Assembly: GCA_002686365.1 (NCBI GenBank)
Contig: NZBZ01000020.1
Location: forward strand, 1-53,483
Length of the DNA stretch: 53,483 nt
Reading direction: 5' to 3'
DNA from: a bacterium
GTDB taxonomy: Bacteria; Patescibacteriota; Minisyncoccia; UBA6257; GWB1-50-10
Shown here one piece after another: positions 8,829 to 17,896 of this stretch. Position numbers and translations under genes: made by a program. The notes below the pieces were generated by a model that saw only the letters and a program-made list of their open reading frames with translations, was not told the DNA's origin and did no database searches. Positions within the stretch are counted from its first letter, which is position 1. Each line of letters begins with the position of its first letter.

Positions 8829-9695
8829 TTAAAGTCTCTGCACCTGCTCGCGTAGATCAAATCTAAGACGACATATGCCTTCTGCAGACGGATATGTTGT
8901 TTCATCAATACGATCACACAATGAAGGGTTGTTTAACTTCCAAGCCATGTCAGCTATGCATAAATCGTGTCGCGCTCCTCGCATTCGTTGACAATATGAT
9001 GCGCCCCCTAGACCTCCTCCAGTTATTTCCTGTGCCACATTCTTTGAAGATTGAGATATGCATTCATCAATCTTTCTCTCGTTTGTTGATAGTCCATCGA
9101 GTTCAAGTCTGCAGATACTAGAATCTTCTGTTATGCTTGCTGCCGCAGAAAGACAGGCAAAACTTAAGCCAGAATAACATTCTGAAAATGGTTCAGACGC
9201 GCAAGCACAAACATCAAGATCCCCTGTTTTTGCGGCCACCATCCCCCTGCACACAAAAGGAGTGATTGCTCCATAATGAGAAGCAACAAGACCAGGAATC
9301 TGGTCACAGGCGCCAACATTATTCTGCGCAAGAGCCTGCTGTACCGTCATTAACATCTCATCAAAAAGCATTATATGCTGTTCATCTGCTTTCTCTGATG
9401 AAGTATCTCTCATAATCCCTGAGGGAACCAAAATGAGAGCAGCTCCTAAAATAAAGGTGAGTGACACGTGAATAACTTTTTTGCTTTGGAAACGCCGCAA
9501 CGCAATAACCCCGACTACAATGAATAATACTATGACAAAAATAGGAAGTATAAAAAAGAAAAGAAGTCTTCCAGAATCTAAGAATCCAATACCACCTAGG
9601 TCACGCGTTGCCCTTTCCAATAAGAAAGAAAAAATAAAGTACGAGACAGAAATAACAACTGCAAACAGGAGAACCTTTTTCCATTCAAAAGACAT
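8829..9695 (-). CDS. Membrane-anchored protein with Cys-rich extracellular repeats (ORF track starts at 9716)
   Basis: 3 TM helices, then repeated C..i....C...A.....lC motifs; TG-c-TACAAT 6 nt before ATG 9695. Confidence 0.75.
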   Translation of the reverse strand: MSFEWKKVLLFAVVISVSYFIFSFLLERATRDLGGIGFLDSGRLLFFFILPIFVIVLFIVVGVIALRRFQSKKVIHVSLTFILGAALILVPSGIMRDTSSEKADEQHIMLFDEMLMTVQQALAQNNVGACDQIPGLVASHYGAITPFVCRGMVAAKTGDLDVCACASEPFSECYSGLSFACLSAAASITEDSSICRLELDGLSTNERKIDECISQSSKNVAQEITGGGLGGASYCQRMRGARHDLCIADMAWKLNNPSLCDRIDETTYPSAEGICRLRFDLREQVQRL

Positions 9696-9731
9696 ATTTC
9701 TATTGTAGCACATCAATTAAAAATCCCTCAA

Positions 9732-10105
9732 TTAATGTAGCCCCTCGTCGCCGCGGCTCCTCGGGATACTCGATTTTGAAACCAAAAACCTGCTCTCAAA
9801 AAAGCAGGTTTATTGGACAAAATCGGTGGGTGCCTGACGGGGATCCTTCTCCCCCGCCCCGATGATAAATGTCGGGGCTCCCCCGAAGCCACGGACTCGC
9901 ACCCCATCAAACAATGTAGCCCCTCGTCGTCCCGCTTTGGCGGGACTCGCTCGGGATACTCTTGTTTCTTACGAAATCAAAGATTTCGAGAAACAAGGTT
10001 CGCCAGAATTCCGTTCGATCCCCATACATCATAAACAAAAATAATCCCACAAATGCGGGACTATTTTTGCTTTGGGTCAGGGACTGGACGCTATTAGAAC
10101 CTGTT
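9732..10105. repeat. Structured spacer unit A of the tRNA-His-anchored array
   Basis: Ordered motifs shared with 10933-11242. Confidence 0.85.
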
Positions 10106-10204
10106 TACTAGCAATATATTGACATAATACAGAATATATGCTTTAATAGAGGAGGTTAGAAAAGGCATCGTACATACCAGTATCCAAGCGAGGAGGGCCA
10201 AAAC

Positions 10205-10858
10205 ATGGCCTCAGTAGACAGAGACGCGCTTCGTTCGTTCCTGCTCGGGAATGATGCTTCAGAAACCCTCGTCGCAGAGGCGATGGAGCATCTTGAGCAC
10301 TTCTTCGTGGCGGCAGAGGATGGAAAGTATCCGCTGAAGCCCGTTGGAGAAATTGATCTCGAGGTAGTGAAAGCTGCTATATCGAGATCGACGGGACAAG
10401 AAGTCGAAAAGGTTGTTCCGATCTCTCAAGCTCAACCGTTCCCCAGGCCGGAATGGATGAGCGAGGGGGTTCATGGCGCTATCCTCGATGATAGACTTGA
10501 AGACAGCCTCGGAGACAGCATCGAAAGAGACAGCCTCGAGGAAGGCTTCGAGAGCAGCTTTGGGGACGGTCTTAGGGACAAACTTGAGAGTGGCCTTAGA
10601 GACAGACTCGGGGACATCATCTGGCCCAGCATCGAGGACGGTGTCAGGGAGAGTCTCAAGAACATTCTCTGGACCGGTCTCGAGGGCCATTTCGGTGGCA
10701 GCTTCTGGGCCAATCTAGTTTATGCTTTAGAACTCGTTCTAGCTGGCGAAGAAGAGCAGGCGCAAACACTCTTCTCCCTCCTCGACGCCTGGGACGGAAT
10801 TCTCATCCTCGGCGAGAAGGAAGACGAATCAGGAGTCTGGATCATCCTCGTCGCCTGA
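10205..10858 (+). CDS. Hypothetical acidic protein with tetrapeptide-periodic repeat, GC-rich
   Basis: LEDS-LGDS..FESS-FGDG-LRDK-LESG-LRDR-LGDI periodicity; own TTGACA-17-TTTAAT promoter, GAGGAGG SD and terminator 10890-10916. Confidence 0.75.
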   Translation: MASVDRDALRSFLLGNDASETLVAEAMEHLEHFFVAAEDGKYPLKPVGEIDLEVVKAAISRSTGQEVEKVVPISQAQPFPRPEWMSEGVHGAILDDRLEDSLGDSIERDSLEEGFESSFGDGLRDKLESGLRDRLGDIIWPSIEDGVRESLKNILWTGLEGHFGGSFWANLVYALELVLAGEEEQAQTLFSLLDAWDGILILGEKEDESGVWIILVA

Positions 10859-10932
10859 CACAACGTCACAACATACGTCACGCATCACAGGCTCACCTCG
10901 GGTGGGCCGTTTTATTTCAAAAAATCGCACAC

Positions 10933-11242
10933 TTAATGTAGCCCCTCGTCGCCCCGCCTTGGCGGGGCTCGCTCGGGACACTCAACTTTGTAACCAAAAA
11001 ACAGCTAATCCACGTTAGCTGTTTTTTGGACAAAGTTGGTGGGTGCCTGACGGGGATCCTTCTCCTCCAAAATTTCAAGGGACTGAAATTTCTCCTCCGA
11101 AGCCACTGACTCGCGCTTTCTCCCCGCTAAGCGGGGCGCGCGAGTTCAGTTCGATCCCCATACATCTTAAACAAAAACAGCAGGACACAAGGCCCAGCTG
11201 TTTTTGCTTTGGGTCAGGGACTGGACGACGTTAGAACCTGTT
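10933..11242. repeat. Structured spacer unit B of the tRNA-His-anchored array
   Basis: Same motif order as unit A with sequence-variable hairpins. Confidence 0.85.
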
Positions 11243-11259
11243 GTGTATAATGAATTCAT

Positions 11260-11766
11260 ATGAAAAATCAAAAAGGTTCAGTGGGGATAGTCGTTTTAAT
11301 CGTAATCGCAGTAGTTGTTGTGTCTGGCGGGTATATGCTGTACCAGAGGAATGGGGACGATACTGGCACGAAAGAGGAAAGCACATCTGTAGAAGGAGTA
11401 GGGGGAACCGAATCTTCAAGTATCTCTAGATTAGATTCTCTAGCGGGGGTGCCGTTCGAAGAAGCTTTGCAAAAAGCAAAGGAGATTTCTTTGCTTATTG
11501 TGAAAGAAGAATCGCTTGGTCAAGTTGACTGCCCAGAGGTGTCGACTGATATCTTTACGTCTCAAAATGATGGTGCAAATAAAGCATGGGCTGTATATGT
11601 TATTTCTGAAAATTGTAGGGATGATTCCATTGGAGCAATTCGGGAAGAACGACTTATGATGTTTGATGAAGAATCAGGATGGGCATTACGTGATGCACAC
11701 GCAAGCAAGCAGAGATGTCATGTGGGAAGAGGGCACCAAGACTTTTCCAACGAACTATGTAACTAG
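11260..11766 (+). CDS. Exported protein with prepilin-like N-terminus (QKG/S + hydrophobic helix) and C-terminal C..GRGHQDFS.E.C motif
   Basis: Sequence motifs; lacks the canonical E+5 of type IV pilins. Confidence 0.7.
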   Translation: MKNQKGSVGIVVLIVIAVVVVSGGYMLYQRNGDDTGTKEESTSVEGVGGTESSSISRLDSLAGVPFEEALQKAKEISLLIVKEESLGQVDCPEVSTDIFTSQNDGANKAWAVYVISENCRDDSIGAIREERLMMFDEESGWALRDAHASKQRCHVGRGHQDFSNELCN

Positions 11767-11787
11767 ACGAAAAAAAGAAAAAGACTC

Positions 11788-12021
11788 AATCAAAAAATCG
11801 CACACCTGTGCGATTTTTTAGCCAGGGTGCCTGACGGGAATCTCACGTCATCCCTCACAAAGTTCGGGACTCCCTAAAACCCCTCGGTTTTAGTCCGCTC
11901 GCCTTCGGCGAGCTTTTCCGCCACGGGGAAACCCAGGTTTCCCCGACCCCTTTCCCGTTCGAGCCCCGTCACAGTAGCATAAATGAAAAATGCCAGCACA
12001 TAAGTGCTGACAATTTTCATT
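11788..12021 (-). repeat. tRNA-His 3'-tail module plus terminator
   Basis: Hairpin, antisense T-arm 11957-11970, core 11870-11913 shared with the Arg module, His-type 3'-end copy at ~11824-11842. Confidence 0.8.
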
Positions 12022-12023
12022 TG

Positions 12024-12096
12024 GGCGATCGACGGGACTCGAACCCGCAACACCGAGCACCACAAGCTCGTGCTCTACCATTGAGCTACGACCGCC
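12024..12096 (-). tRNA. tRNA-His(GTG) with encoded G-1
   Basis: Acceptor GCGGTCG/CGATCGC, G-1:C73, anticodon loop TT-GTG-GT. Confidence 0.95.
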
Positions 12097-12161
12097 ATAC
12101 ATTGTCCTCAGACAAACTCACAATACGCAATTAAAGCGTTTAGGTCAATTAGGAGCCCTTA

Positions 12162-12584
12162 CTACGCATTTCCCTGCGGGATATGTCCCTCCCGCCTTTG
12201 CTTCTTTTTATCTCCAATAATCTTCTTTTCTCGTATCCTGTCATCTTCAGCGCTCAAAGGCGGCTCATTTGGAATTCGCACAGGAGGTTCTTTAATTGCC
12301 TCATTTATCATAGATGCGAGACGCTCCAAGGCCTTCTCTCTGTTCTCCTCCTGGTACCGTGTCTCCTGATCCTCCACCCAGAGCTCATCTTCCTTATTTA
12401 CATGATGAGCAAGTTTCTCCCGAAGCCGCCGTTTCTCTAGAGGCTCCAAAGGCAGATCATCAACGCTCACCCACATATGCACCTTTGTGGAACGATGATC
12501 CTTGTTCTGACCCCCAGGCCCATGCGAACGAGAAGCCTTAAACTCAACCTTCTCTCCTAGTGTGTGTATATCTATATGAGTCAT
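12162..12584 (-). CDS. arfB: Alternative ribosome-rescue peptidyl-tRNA hydrolase ArfB (YaeJ)
   Basis: SRSHGPGGQN (GGQ) motif, QETRYQEEN, basic C-terminal tail. Confidence 0.9.
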   Translation of the reverse strand: MTHIDIHTLGEKVEFKASRSHGPGGQNKDHRSTKVHMWVSVDDLPLEPLEKRRLREKLAHHVNKEDELWVEDQETRYQEENREKALERLASMINEAIKEPPVRIPNEPPLSAEDDRIREKKIIGDKKKQRREGHIPQGNA

Positions 12585-12611
12585 GCAAATATTCTAAGGT
12601 ATAATGTTTGA

Positions 12612-13220
12612 ATGGGCAATCTGGTAGCCATGATAACCGGATGGATGACAGCTTATCCGGCTTTCAAGATCGGCATGGTTGGCATTCTCACCGTCATACA
12701 GGGAGAAAGCGGTGTTATCTTAGGAACCCTTCTCATTCGCTCGGAAAAATTGGGATGGGGAACATTCTTCCTCGTTACAGGAGTCGCACTCCTTCTCTAT
12801 GAATCGAGCGTATATGGCCTAGGGCGACTCCTACGAAACATACCCCTTGGGCAAAAAATTGAAAAGAGAATTAAGCGCCACAAAAAAATTGAAAAAGCCC
12901 TCCATGAAAACTCGGGGAGGCTGCTCATAGTATCACGATTCATTATATACTTCGGTCTTGCGGTCGTATTTTTGAGTGGATGGACCAGAATGCCCTACAA
13001 GCAGTTTATTAAGATGCGCGCCATAGGGGTGGCGCTCTGGCTTATCATATGGACATTCGTCTTCCATTCACTCGCCGTAGCCCTTGGAATGGATGAAAAG
13101 GTACTAGCAGAAGATATCGTCATCGGAATAGTTATAATCATCATCATGATGGTCGGAATGCGAAAAGTAGTTGGTAAGGCGGTTGTGAAGCTGCTCTTCG
13201 GCAACGGCAATGGGAAGTAA
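12612..13220 (+). CDS. DedA/VTT family membrane protein
   Basis: YGLGR..; LLIVSRFIIYFG; SGWTRMPYKQF..IGVALW. Confidence 0.75.
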   Translation: MGNLVAMITGWMTAYPAFKIGMVGILTVIQGESGVILGTLLIRSEKLGWGTFFLVTGVALLLYESSVYGLGRLLRNIPLGQKIEKRIKRHKKIEKALHENSGRLLIVSRFIIYFGLAVVFLSGWTRMPYKQFIKMRAIGVALWLIIWTFVFHSLAVALGMDEKVLAEDIVIGIVIIIIMMVGMRKVVGKAVVKLLFGNGNGK

Positions 13221-13224
13221 TCTC

Positions 13225-14046
13225 TTATTCTAATTTTAAAAGGAGTCCTCGTTTCTTCGCGCGGGAGAACATCATGTAGAAGAACCAAAGCGCAAACACA
13301 AGATAAATTGCGTTAGTTAAAAACGCATACCCTAAAGTTGTAAAAGGAAAATCTCCCTGAAGTACAGCGCGCATACCCTCAAAAACATGGGCCGAAGGGA
13401 GTGCTAAGGCGATAGATTGAAGAAAAGAGGGAAGAGCGGAAACTGGATAGAAAACAGCAGAGAGAGGCTGAAACAGCACAATAAGCCCAAAGGCAAGAAT
13501 CTGCGCTTGCGTTCCATACCGCAAGAGAATTCCAATAATAAGGACTCCAATAGTCCAGCCAAAAATAAGGAGATTAATAACAAAAGGAATAATCAGGATG
13601 CCAAATTGAAACACATCAAAGCTATAAAGAAGCGCGGCAAGAGCTCCCATTACAATTGCAACAAGCAGGATTCGCACAGCTCCCAAAATCGCAGTGGATG
13701 TTAAAAACTCGCTAGGTTTCAGTGGTGTAACAAACACATTCAAAAGATTTCGTTCCCATACGTCTTCCAGAAAAGCAACTGATACTGACTTCTGCGACTG
13801 AGTAAGGAAGTTCCAAAAGATTAGAGCGCCTAAAAGGACGCTTACCATATTAAACTCTCCAACAAAATCCGTATTCTGAAGCCACACAGAGAGAAATCCC
13901 CAAACCAAAAGCTCCATCACAGGCCAGTAAAAGATATCCATGACGCGCGGCAAACTACGCCTGTAAAGATACAGATGCCGGATAAGTAACGCGTTTATTC
14001 TATGAAACTTCATATTATGAGCGGGCAATATGGAGGAATACCTCAT
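13225..14046 (-). CDS. ABC-2 type transporter permease
   Basis: 6-TM pattern, PLSAVFYPVSALP; coupled to the ATPase gene. Confidence 0.9.
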   Translation of the reverse strand: MRYSSILPAHNMKFHRINALLIRHLYLYRRSLPRVMDIFYWPVMELLVWGFLSVWLQNTDFVGEFNMVSVLLGALIFWNFLTQSQKSVSVAFLEDVWERNLLNVFVTPLKPSEFLTSTAILGAVRILLVAIVMGALAALLYSFDVFQFGILIIPFVINLLIFGWTIGVLIIGILLRYGTQAQILAFGLIVLFQPLSAVFYPVSALPSFLQSIALALPSAHVFEGMRAVLQGDFPFTTLGYAFLTNAIYLVFALWFFYMMFSRAKKRGLLLKLE

Positions 14047-14749
14047 TCAAATCTTTTCGACCATATTTTTCTATAATCTGCTTTGGCGTTCCATCATCAA
14101 CAATCCTGCCTTTTTGCAAAAAGATAATCCTGTCACAAAGCTCCTCAATCTCTGCCATGTTGTGTGAGGTATAAAGAATAGTAATACCGCGCTCCTTCTG
14201 AATCTTTTTCAAAAGCTTACGTGTTTTATCAGCAATATCAGGATCAAGCGAGGAGGTCGGCTCATCTAAAAGGAGAAGCTTAGGGTCATTCAAAAGAGAC
14301 TTTACCATACTAAGCCGTGTCATCTGCCCAGTAGAAAGCGCTGATGTCTTCTTAGGCAAAAGGTCTTCTATTTCAAACTGACGGGCAAGCCCGGAAATCT
14401 TGCCGCGAAGATCAGAAACTCCATAGAGTCGCGCAAACGTGGCCAAGTTCTCCCAGACTGTAAGGTTATATGGCATAGACACGTATGGAGAAGAGAAGTT
14501 TACCTTACCAAGAATCTCCTCACGATTCTTGCGCATATTCTTCCCAAATATCCGAATCTCCCCGCTTGTGGGGGTAATAATATCAAGCATCATCTGAATC
14601 GTAGTTGTCTTCCCAGCTCCATTTGGTCCGAGCAGACCTGTAATACTTCCCCTTTCAATTCCAAAAGAAATTCCATCTACTGCTATGGCATCTTTGCCTT
14701 TGGCAGGAAACTCCTTTCGCAAATTTTTAACTTCAATAATCTGGCGCAT
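14015..14749 (-). CDS. ABC transporter ATP-binding protein (ORF track starts at 14773)
   Basis: Walker A GPNGAGKTT, signature LSTGQ, Walker B LLLLDEP, H-loop TSH. Confidence 0.95.
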   Translation of the reverse strand: MRQIIEVKNLRKEFPAKGKDAIAVDGISFGIERGSITGLLGPNGAGKTTTIQMMLDIITPTSGEIRIFGKNMRKNREEILGKVNFSSPYVSMPYNLTVWENLATFARLYGVSDLRGKISGLARQFEIEDLLPKKTSALSTGQMTRLSMVKSLLNDPKLLLLDEPTSSLDPDIADKTRKLLKKIQKERGITILYTSHNMAEIEELCDRIIFLQKGRIVDDGTPKQIIEKYGRKDLNEVFLHIARS

Positions 14750-14764
14750 TTCTTGAGTGTACTT

Positions 14765-14804
14765 AAAGAACAAGGTTTATGCAAAAAGAACAAGGTTTAT
14801 GCAA
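14765..14804. repeat. 20-bp perfect tandem duplication AAAGAACAAGGTTTATGCAA x2
   Basis: Read directly; lies in the ABC operon promoter region. Confidence 0.9.
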
Positions 14805-15027
14805 AGCAAAAACAAGTTACTTAGTTTACATAACGGCCGTCTAATAAACTAAGTAAACGAAACTAACGAAACTGAAATTAATATCCGGCCGGATATTAAC
14901 TTGAGGTTGAAGAAGTAGTAAGCTTAAAAAACAAAAAAGAGCCCGTGTATGGGCTCAAGAATGAAAAGAGGCGGGCCGCATGGGTCCGCCTCGAAAGTTG
15001 AATCGATATGCCTCAGGAACCGTCGGT

Positions 15028-15843
15028 CTAGGCCCCGAGATACTTCTCCTTTGTTGACTCGAATGGCTCGGGAGCAAGCTCACTGGCCTCGCGAGCGTAG
15101 AGGTAGAGTACGACAGCAGTGTACTGGCGTCCATCGGGAGCAACGATGGAAATAGGACCCAGTATCTTCATCTCCTTGACTTCTCCCGGGGGGCGAAGGT
15201 TGATGAAGGTATTTTGGGTGTTAACTCTGACGTTTTGGAATGCTTCGGACTGCGCCTCTTTGTCGTGCCCCAGAGCGAAACCAACACCCATAACGAGTGG
15301 CTGGGCAAAGATGCCCAAATCCTCAATCTCGGGACACGCCAAGAGGCGCGACGCTTCCTCCATCGAGGACCCCACCACCTCGAATGAAAGATGGGGGAAC
15401 CTGCCGAAGGCACGCATCGCAGTCCAGAGATGGCTCGATGAGATGGGGTGATCTCCACGAAGTCGTGCGATAAGCCCCGCAATTTTTACTCGGGGCTGCG
15501 ACGCTCTAAAGAGATCAAACACGCTGGAGGACGAAAGCCCGATCTCGATAGGGTCAATGCCAGTGAGGAGAGCGTCCTCAACTAGGTTAAGGGAGAAACC
15601 GTAGATGTAGGTCATGGATTCACCGAGGCCCGCCGGCTCCTTGCCGCAGAGAACGGCATTGCGAATGAGTCGCAAGTCATCTACCGCCTGAGAAGCATTT
15701 AGGCAGAGGAACTCGCGCGCCTCCTCAGCGTTCGCAGGGTTGGAGTGGAGAAATCGAGGGGTGTACTCGGCGTTCGCACCGGCGGCGACTGTTGCAAAGA
15801 AGAGAGTGATCAGAGTCGCAACAATACCATGTTTACACATCAT
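15028..15843 (-). CDS. Hypothetical secreted protein, GC-rich
   Basis: Signal peptide (AGANA/E), TAGGAG SD, TTGACT promoter, double hairpin 14934-14994 downstream. Confidence 0.75.
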   Translation of the reverse strand: MMCKHGIVATLITLFFATVAAGANAEYTPRFLHSNPANAEEAREFLCLNASQAVDDLRLIRNAVLCGKEPAGLGESMTYIYGFSLNLVEDALLTGIDPIEIGLSSSSVFDLFRASQPRVKIAGLIARLRGDHPISSSHLWTAMRAFGRFPHLSFEVVGSSMEEASRLLACPEIEDLGIFAQPLVMGVGFALGHDKEAQSEAFQNVRVNTQNTFINLRPPGEVKEMKILGPISIVAPDGRQYTAVVLYLYAREASELAPEPFESTKEKYLGA

Positions 15844-16126
15844 TGGACGCTCCTATGCCCTAGTTTACGCAACGACAGCACTAGGTAGTTTCTTTACTGA
15901 CTAGAATACTGTCGTTTTCTGTGCATATTTATATAATAAAAACAAGAAAAAGTCAACGTAAGAGCGCCAAAAAATAGGAAAGAACTTTAACATATTAACC
16001 TAAGTAAGGGAGGACAAAAAAGAGCCCATGTATGGGCTCAAAAAAGAAATGAGGCGAGATACTCTTGGATGAGTCTCGCCTCGTACGTTCGAACGTTCTG
16101 ATTGCGAAAGCGCTTAGGGTGGCGCC

Positions 16127-17056
16127 TTATTCGGCCGGGAGTTGGACTTCCTCCGCGCAGTCCCTCAACCCTCTCTCGTGGTCGTCGCAGGGGTATGCGT
16201 CGATATCGTCCGCTCCGAAGTGCTGATCCGCCTCGACGATCTTGCGCGATGTCCTCGCCAGGACGAAGACGGTTATTTCATCTCCGACCAGATCGAAGAA
16301 TCGGTCAGCCTCGTATGCCGGAGGCTCAACGTCCATTGCGAAGTACTCGCACAACTGTATCATGGCCCGCACCCAGGACAGGTGCGCAACCTTGTTGTAC
16401 TCGGTTACAGGTCCTGATGCAGAGCAGATGGCATATACCTCACCGTCGATCTCCTCAACCGTGATGCCACGCTCGAGCATAGAGTTGACGACTTCGGCGT
16501 TCTCAGCCGAAGGCCTAGTCTTCATCTCGATCATCATATCGACGTCTCCGAAGGTCGCGTCGGCACTCTCCTCACCGCGGTACGAATAGGCGATGAAGGA
16601 GACGCCGAATCTGACGTCGTGCGGGACGAAGAGGCCCTGAACCATGCTTACGAAGGCCGTATCCTTGTCCGCTTCAGGAGTAGACACGGCGATGAGTACC
16701 ATGCGGGCAGCCGTACCACTGTGAATCAGCGGCACCGGCCACGAGTTCGGGAGAGCGTATCCCTCTGACACCGAGATGACGTCGCCGTATCCAACTTCGA
16801 ACACGGTCACGGCGAAGTCGGCTGGAAGACGTTCGTCGTGGATGTCGACCCTCCTGCTCCCGTCCTCGGTCCGCTTGAGAACGAGATCCACCTCGAGCGC
16901 CGGATCCCCGTACTCGTTCTGTGTGAGAGCGATCTGGCGGATGAGGTCCTGGTACTCCATATGGCGGAGTCCCAGATCGACCTCCGACGCGCTCGCGACG
17001 GTCGCTACTGCGACGGAGAGACAAGCGACCAGGGCCAAAACATTATTTGTCCTCAT
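16127..17056 (-). CDS. Hypothetical secreted protein, GC-rich (ORF track starts at 17092; ATG 17056 has a GGAGG SD)
   Basis: Signal peptide (VASA/SE); TTGACT-17-TATAAT promoter at 17195-17223; double hairpin 16016-16083. Confidence 0.75.
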   Translation of the reverse strand: MRTNNVLALVACLSVAVATVASASEVDLGLRHMEYQDLIRQIALTQNEYGDPALEVDLVLKRTEDGSRRVDIHDERLPADFAVTVFEVGYGDVISVSEGYALPNSWPVPLIHSGTAARMVLIAVSTPEADKDTAFVSMVQGLFVPHDVRFGVSFIAYSYRGEESADATFGDVDMMIEMKTRPSAENAEVVNSMLERGITVEEIDGEVYAICSASGPVTEYNKVAHLSWVRAMIQLCEYFAMDVEPPAYEADRFFDLVGDEITVFVLARTSRKIVEADQHFGADDIDAYPCDDHERGLRDCAEEVQLPAE

Positions 17057-17448
17057 TGCACAATCCTCCAACCAACAGACCCCTGCTGGCACGGCCTCCC
17101 ATGTTTAAGTTGTAGGAAGGAATCTACCCTTCGACAAGCTCAGGGCAAATTCCTTCCCACAACAGTTTTCAAAGACCTATCAGCCTATCTATTAATTATA
17201 GCATAAAAACATGGAAAAGTCAATCCCACACATAGCATAGCTATATATGAAGGACAAGTTATAAAAACCCAATAAATAAGGCGTTTTACCACGACAACAC
17301 CATAATCGTGGGAGTAAAAAAGACGAGCCGCATGGACTCGTCTGTGATTTCCTAATGTTCTGTTGACTGTTCTAGTCAGGGCTGTGCCGGTGTATCCAGC
17401 TAAACTGTTCGGGCCGAGCTTTGTTGGGGATCGCCCGTTCCTCGTCCT

Positions 17449-17697
17449 CTACCTCCTCTTCATCCACTTCGATCTCTTGAGCGCCATCGATTTCCGTCGC
17501 GTCTTTCTCTTCGGCCGCAGCAGCCGCGGCTGCCTCCCTTTCTGCCGGTGTTTCGGAGTACTCGTATAGGGCATTTCGAAGGTCATCGATAGAAGGAGCA
17601 GAAACAGTAGCGCAGCACATCCTATTGAGGAAAGCGCCACGATGATGATGGTGATAAGGATGCCCAAACGCAACATAGCTTGTTGCCAAGTAATCAC
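17449..17697 (-). CDS. Small membrane protein with basic tail (alternative overlapping frame 17372-17704)
   Basis: Long hydrophobic helix plus K/R-rich tail; SD-like AGGTGG upstream. Confidence 0.45.
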   Translation of the reverse strand: MITWQQAMLRLGILITIIIVALSSIGCAALLFLLLLSMTFEMPYTSTPKHRQKGRQPRLLRPKRKTRRKSMALKRSKWMKRR

Positions 17698-17821
17698 GGA
17701 CCACCTACTTCAGTCCGACGACCTAGTTGAGAATGCCCCCGTACCTATACTATTTATACCTCAAAATCCCATATACGGGCAAACGTTGCATAAATAGAAA
17801 ATTGTATTAAAGTATGTATAC

Positions 17822-17896
17822 GCCGCGGTAGCTCAGTGGTAGAGCAGTAGCTTGAAGAGCTTCGTGTCGGGGGTTCGATTCCCTCCCGCGGCACCA
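17822..17896 (+). tRNA. tRNA-Phe(GAA), CCA encoded
   Basis: GCCGCGG/CCGCGGC acceptor, loop TT-GAA-GA, one mismatch in the anticodon stem. Confidence 0.92.

Noticed and set aside
9728-10044. Short ORFs in spacer unit A (and 11043-11234, 11874-12102, 17852-18127)
   Set aside because: They coincide with structured repeats or tRNAs.
7444-12021. CRISPR array
   Set aside because: Repeats are long, irregular and separated by whole genes; there is no constant repeat-spacer period and no cas gene.
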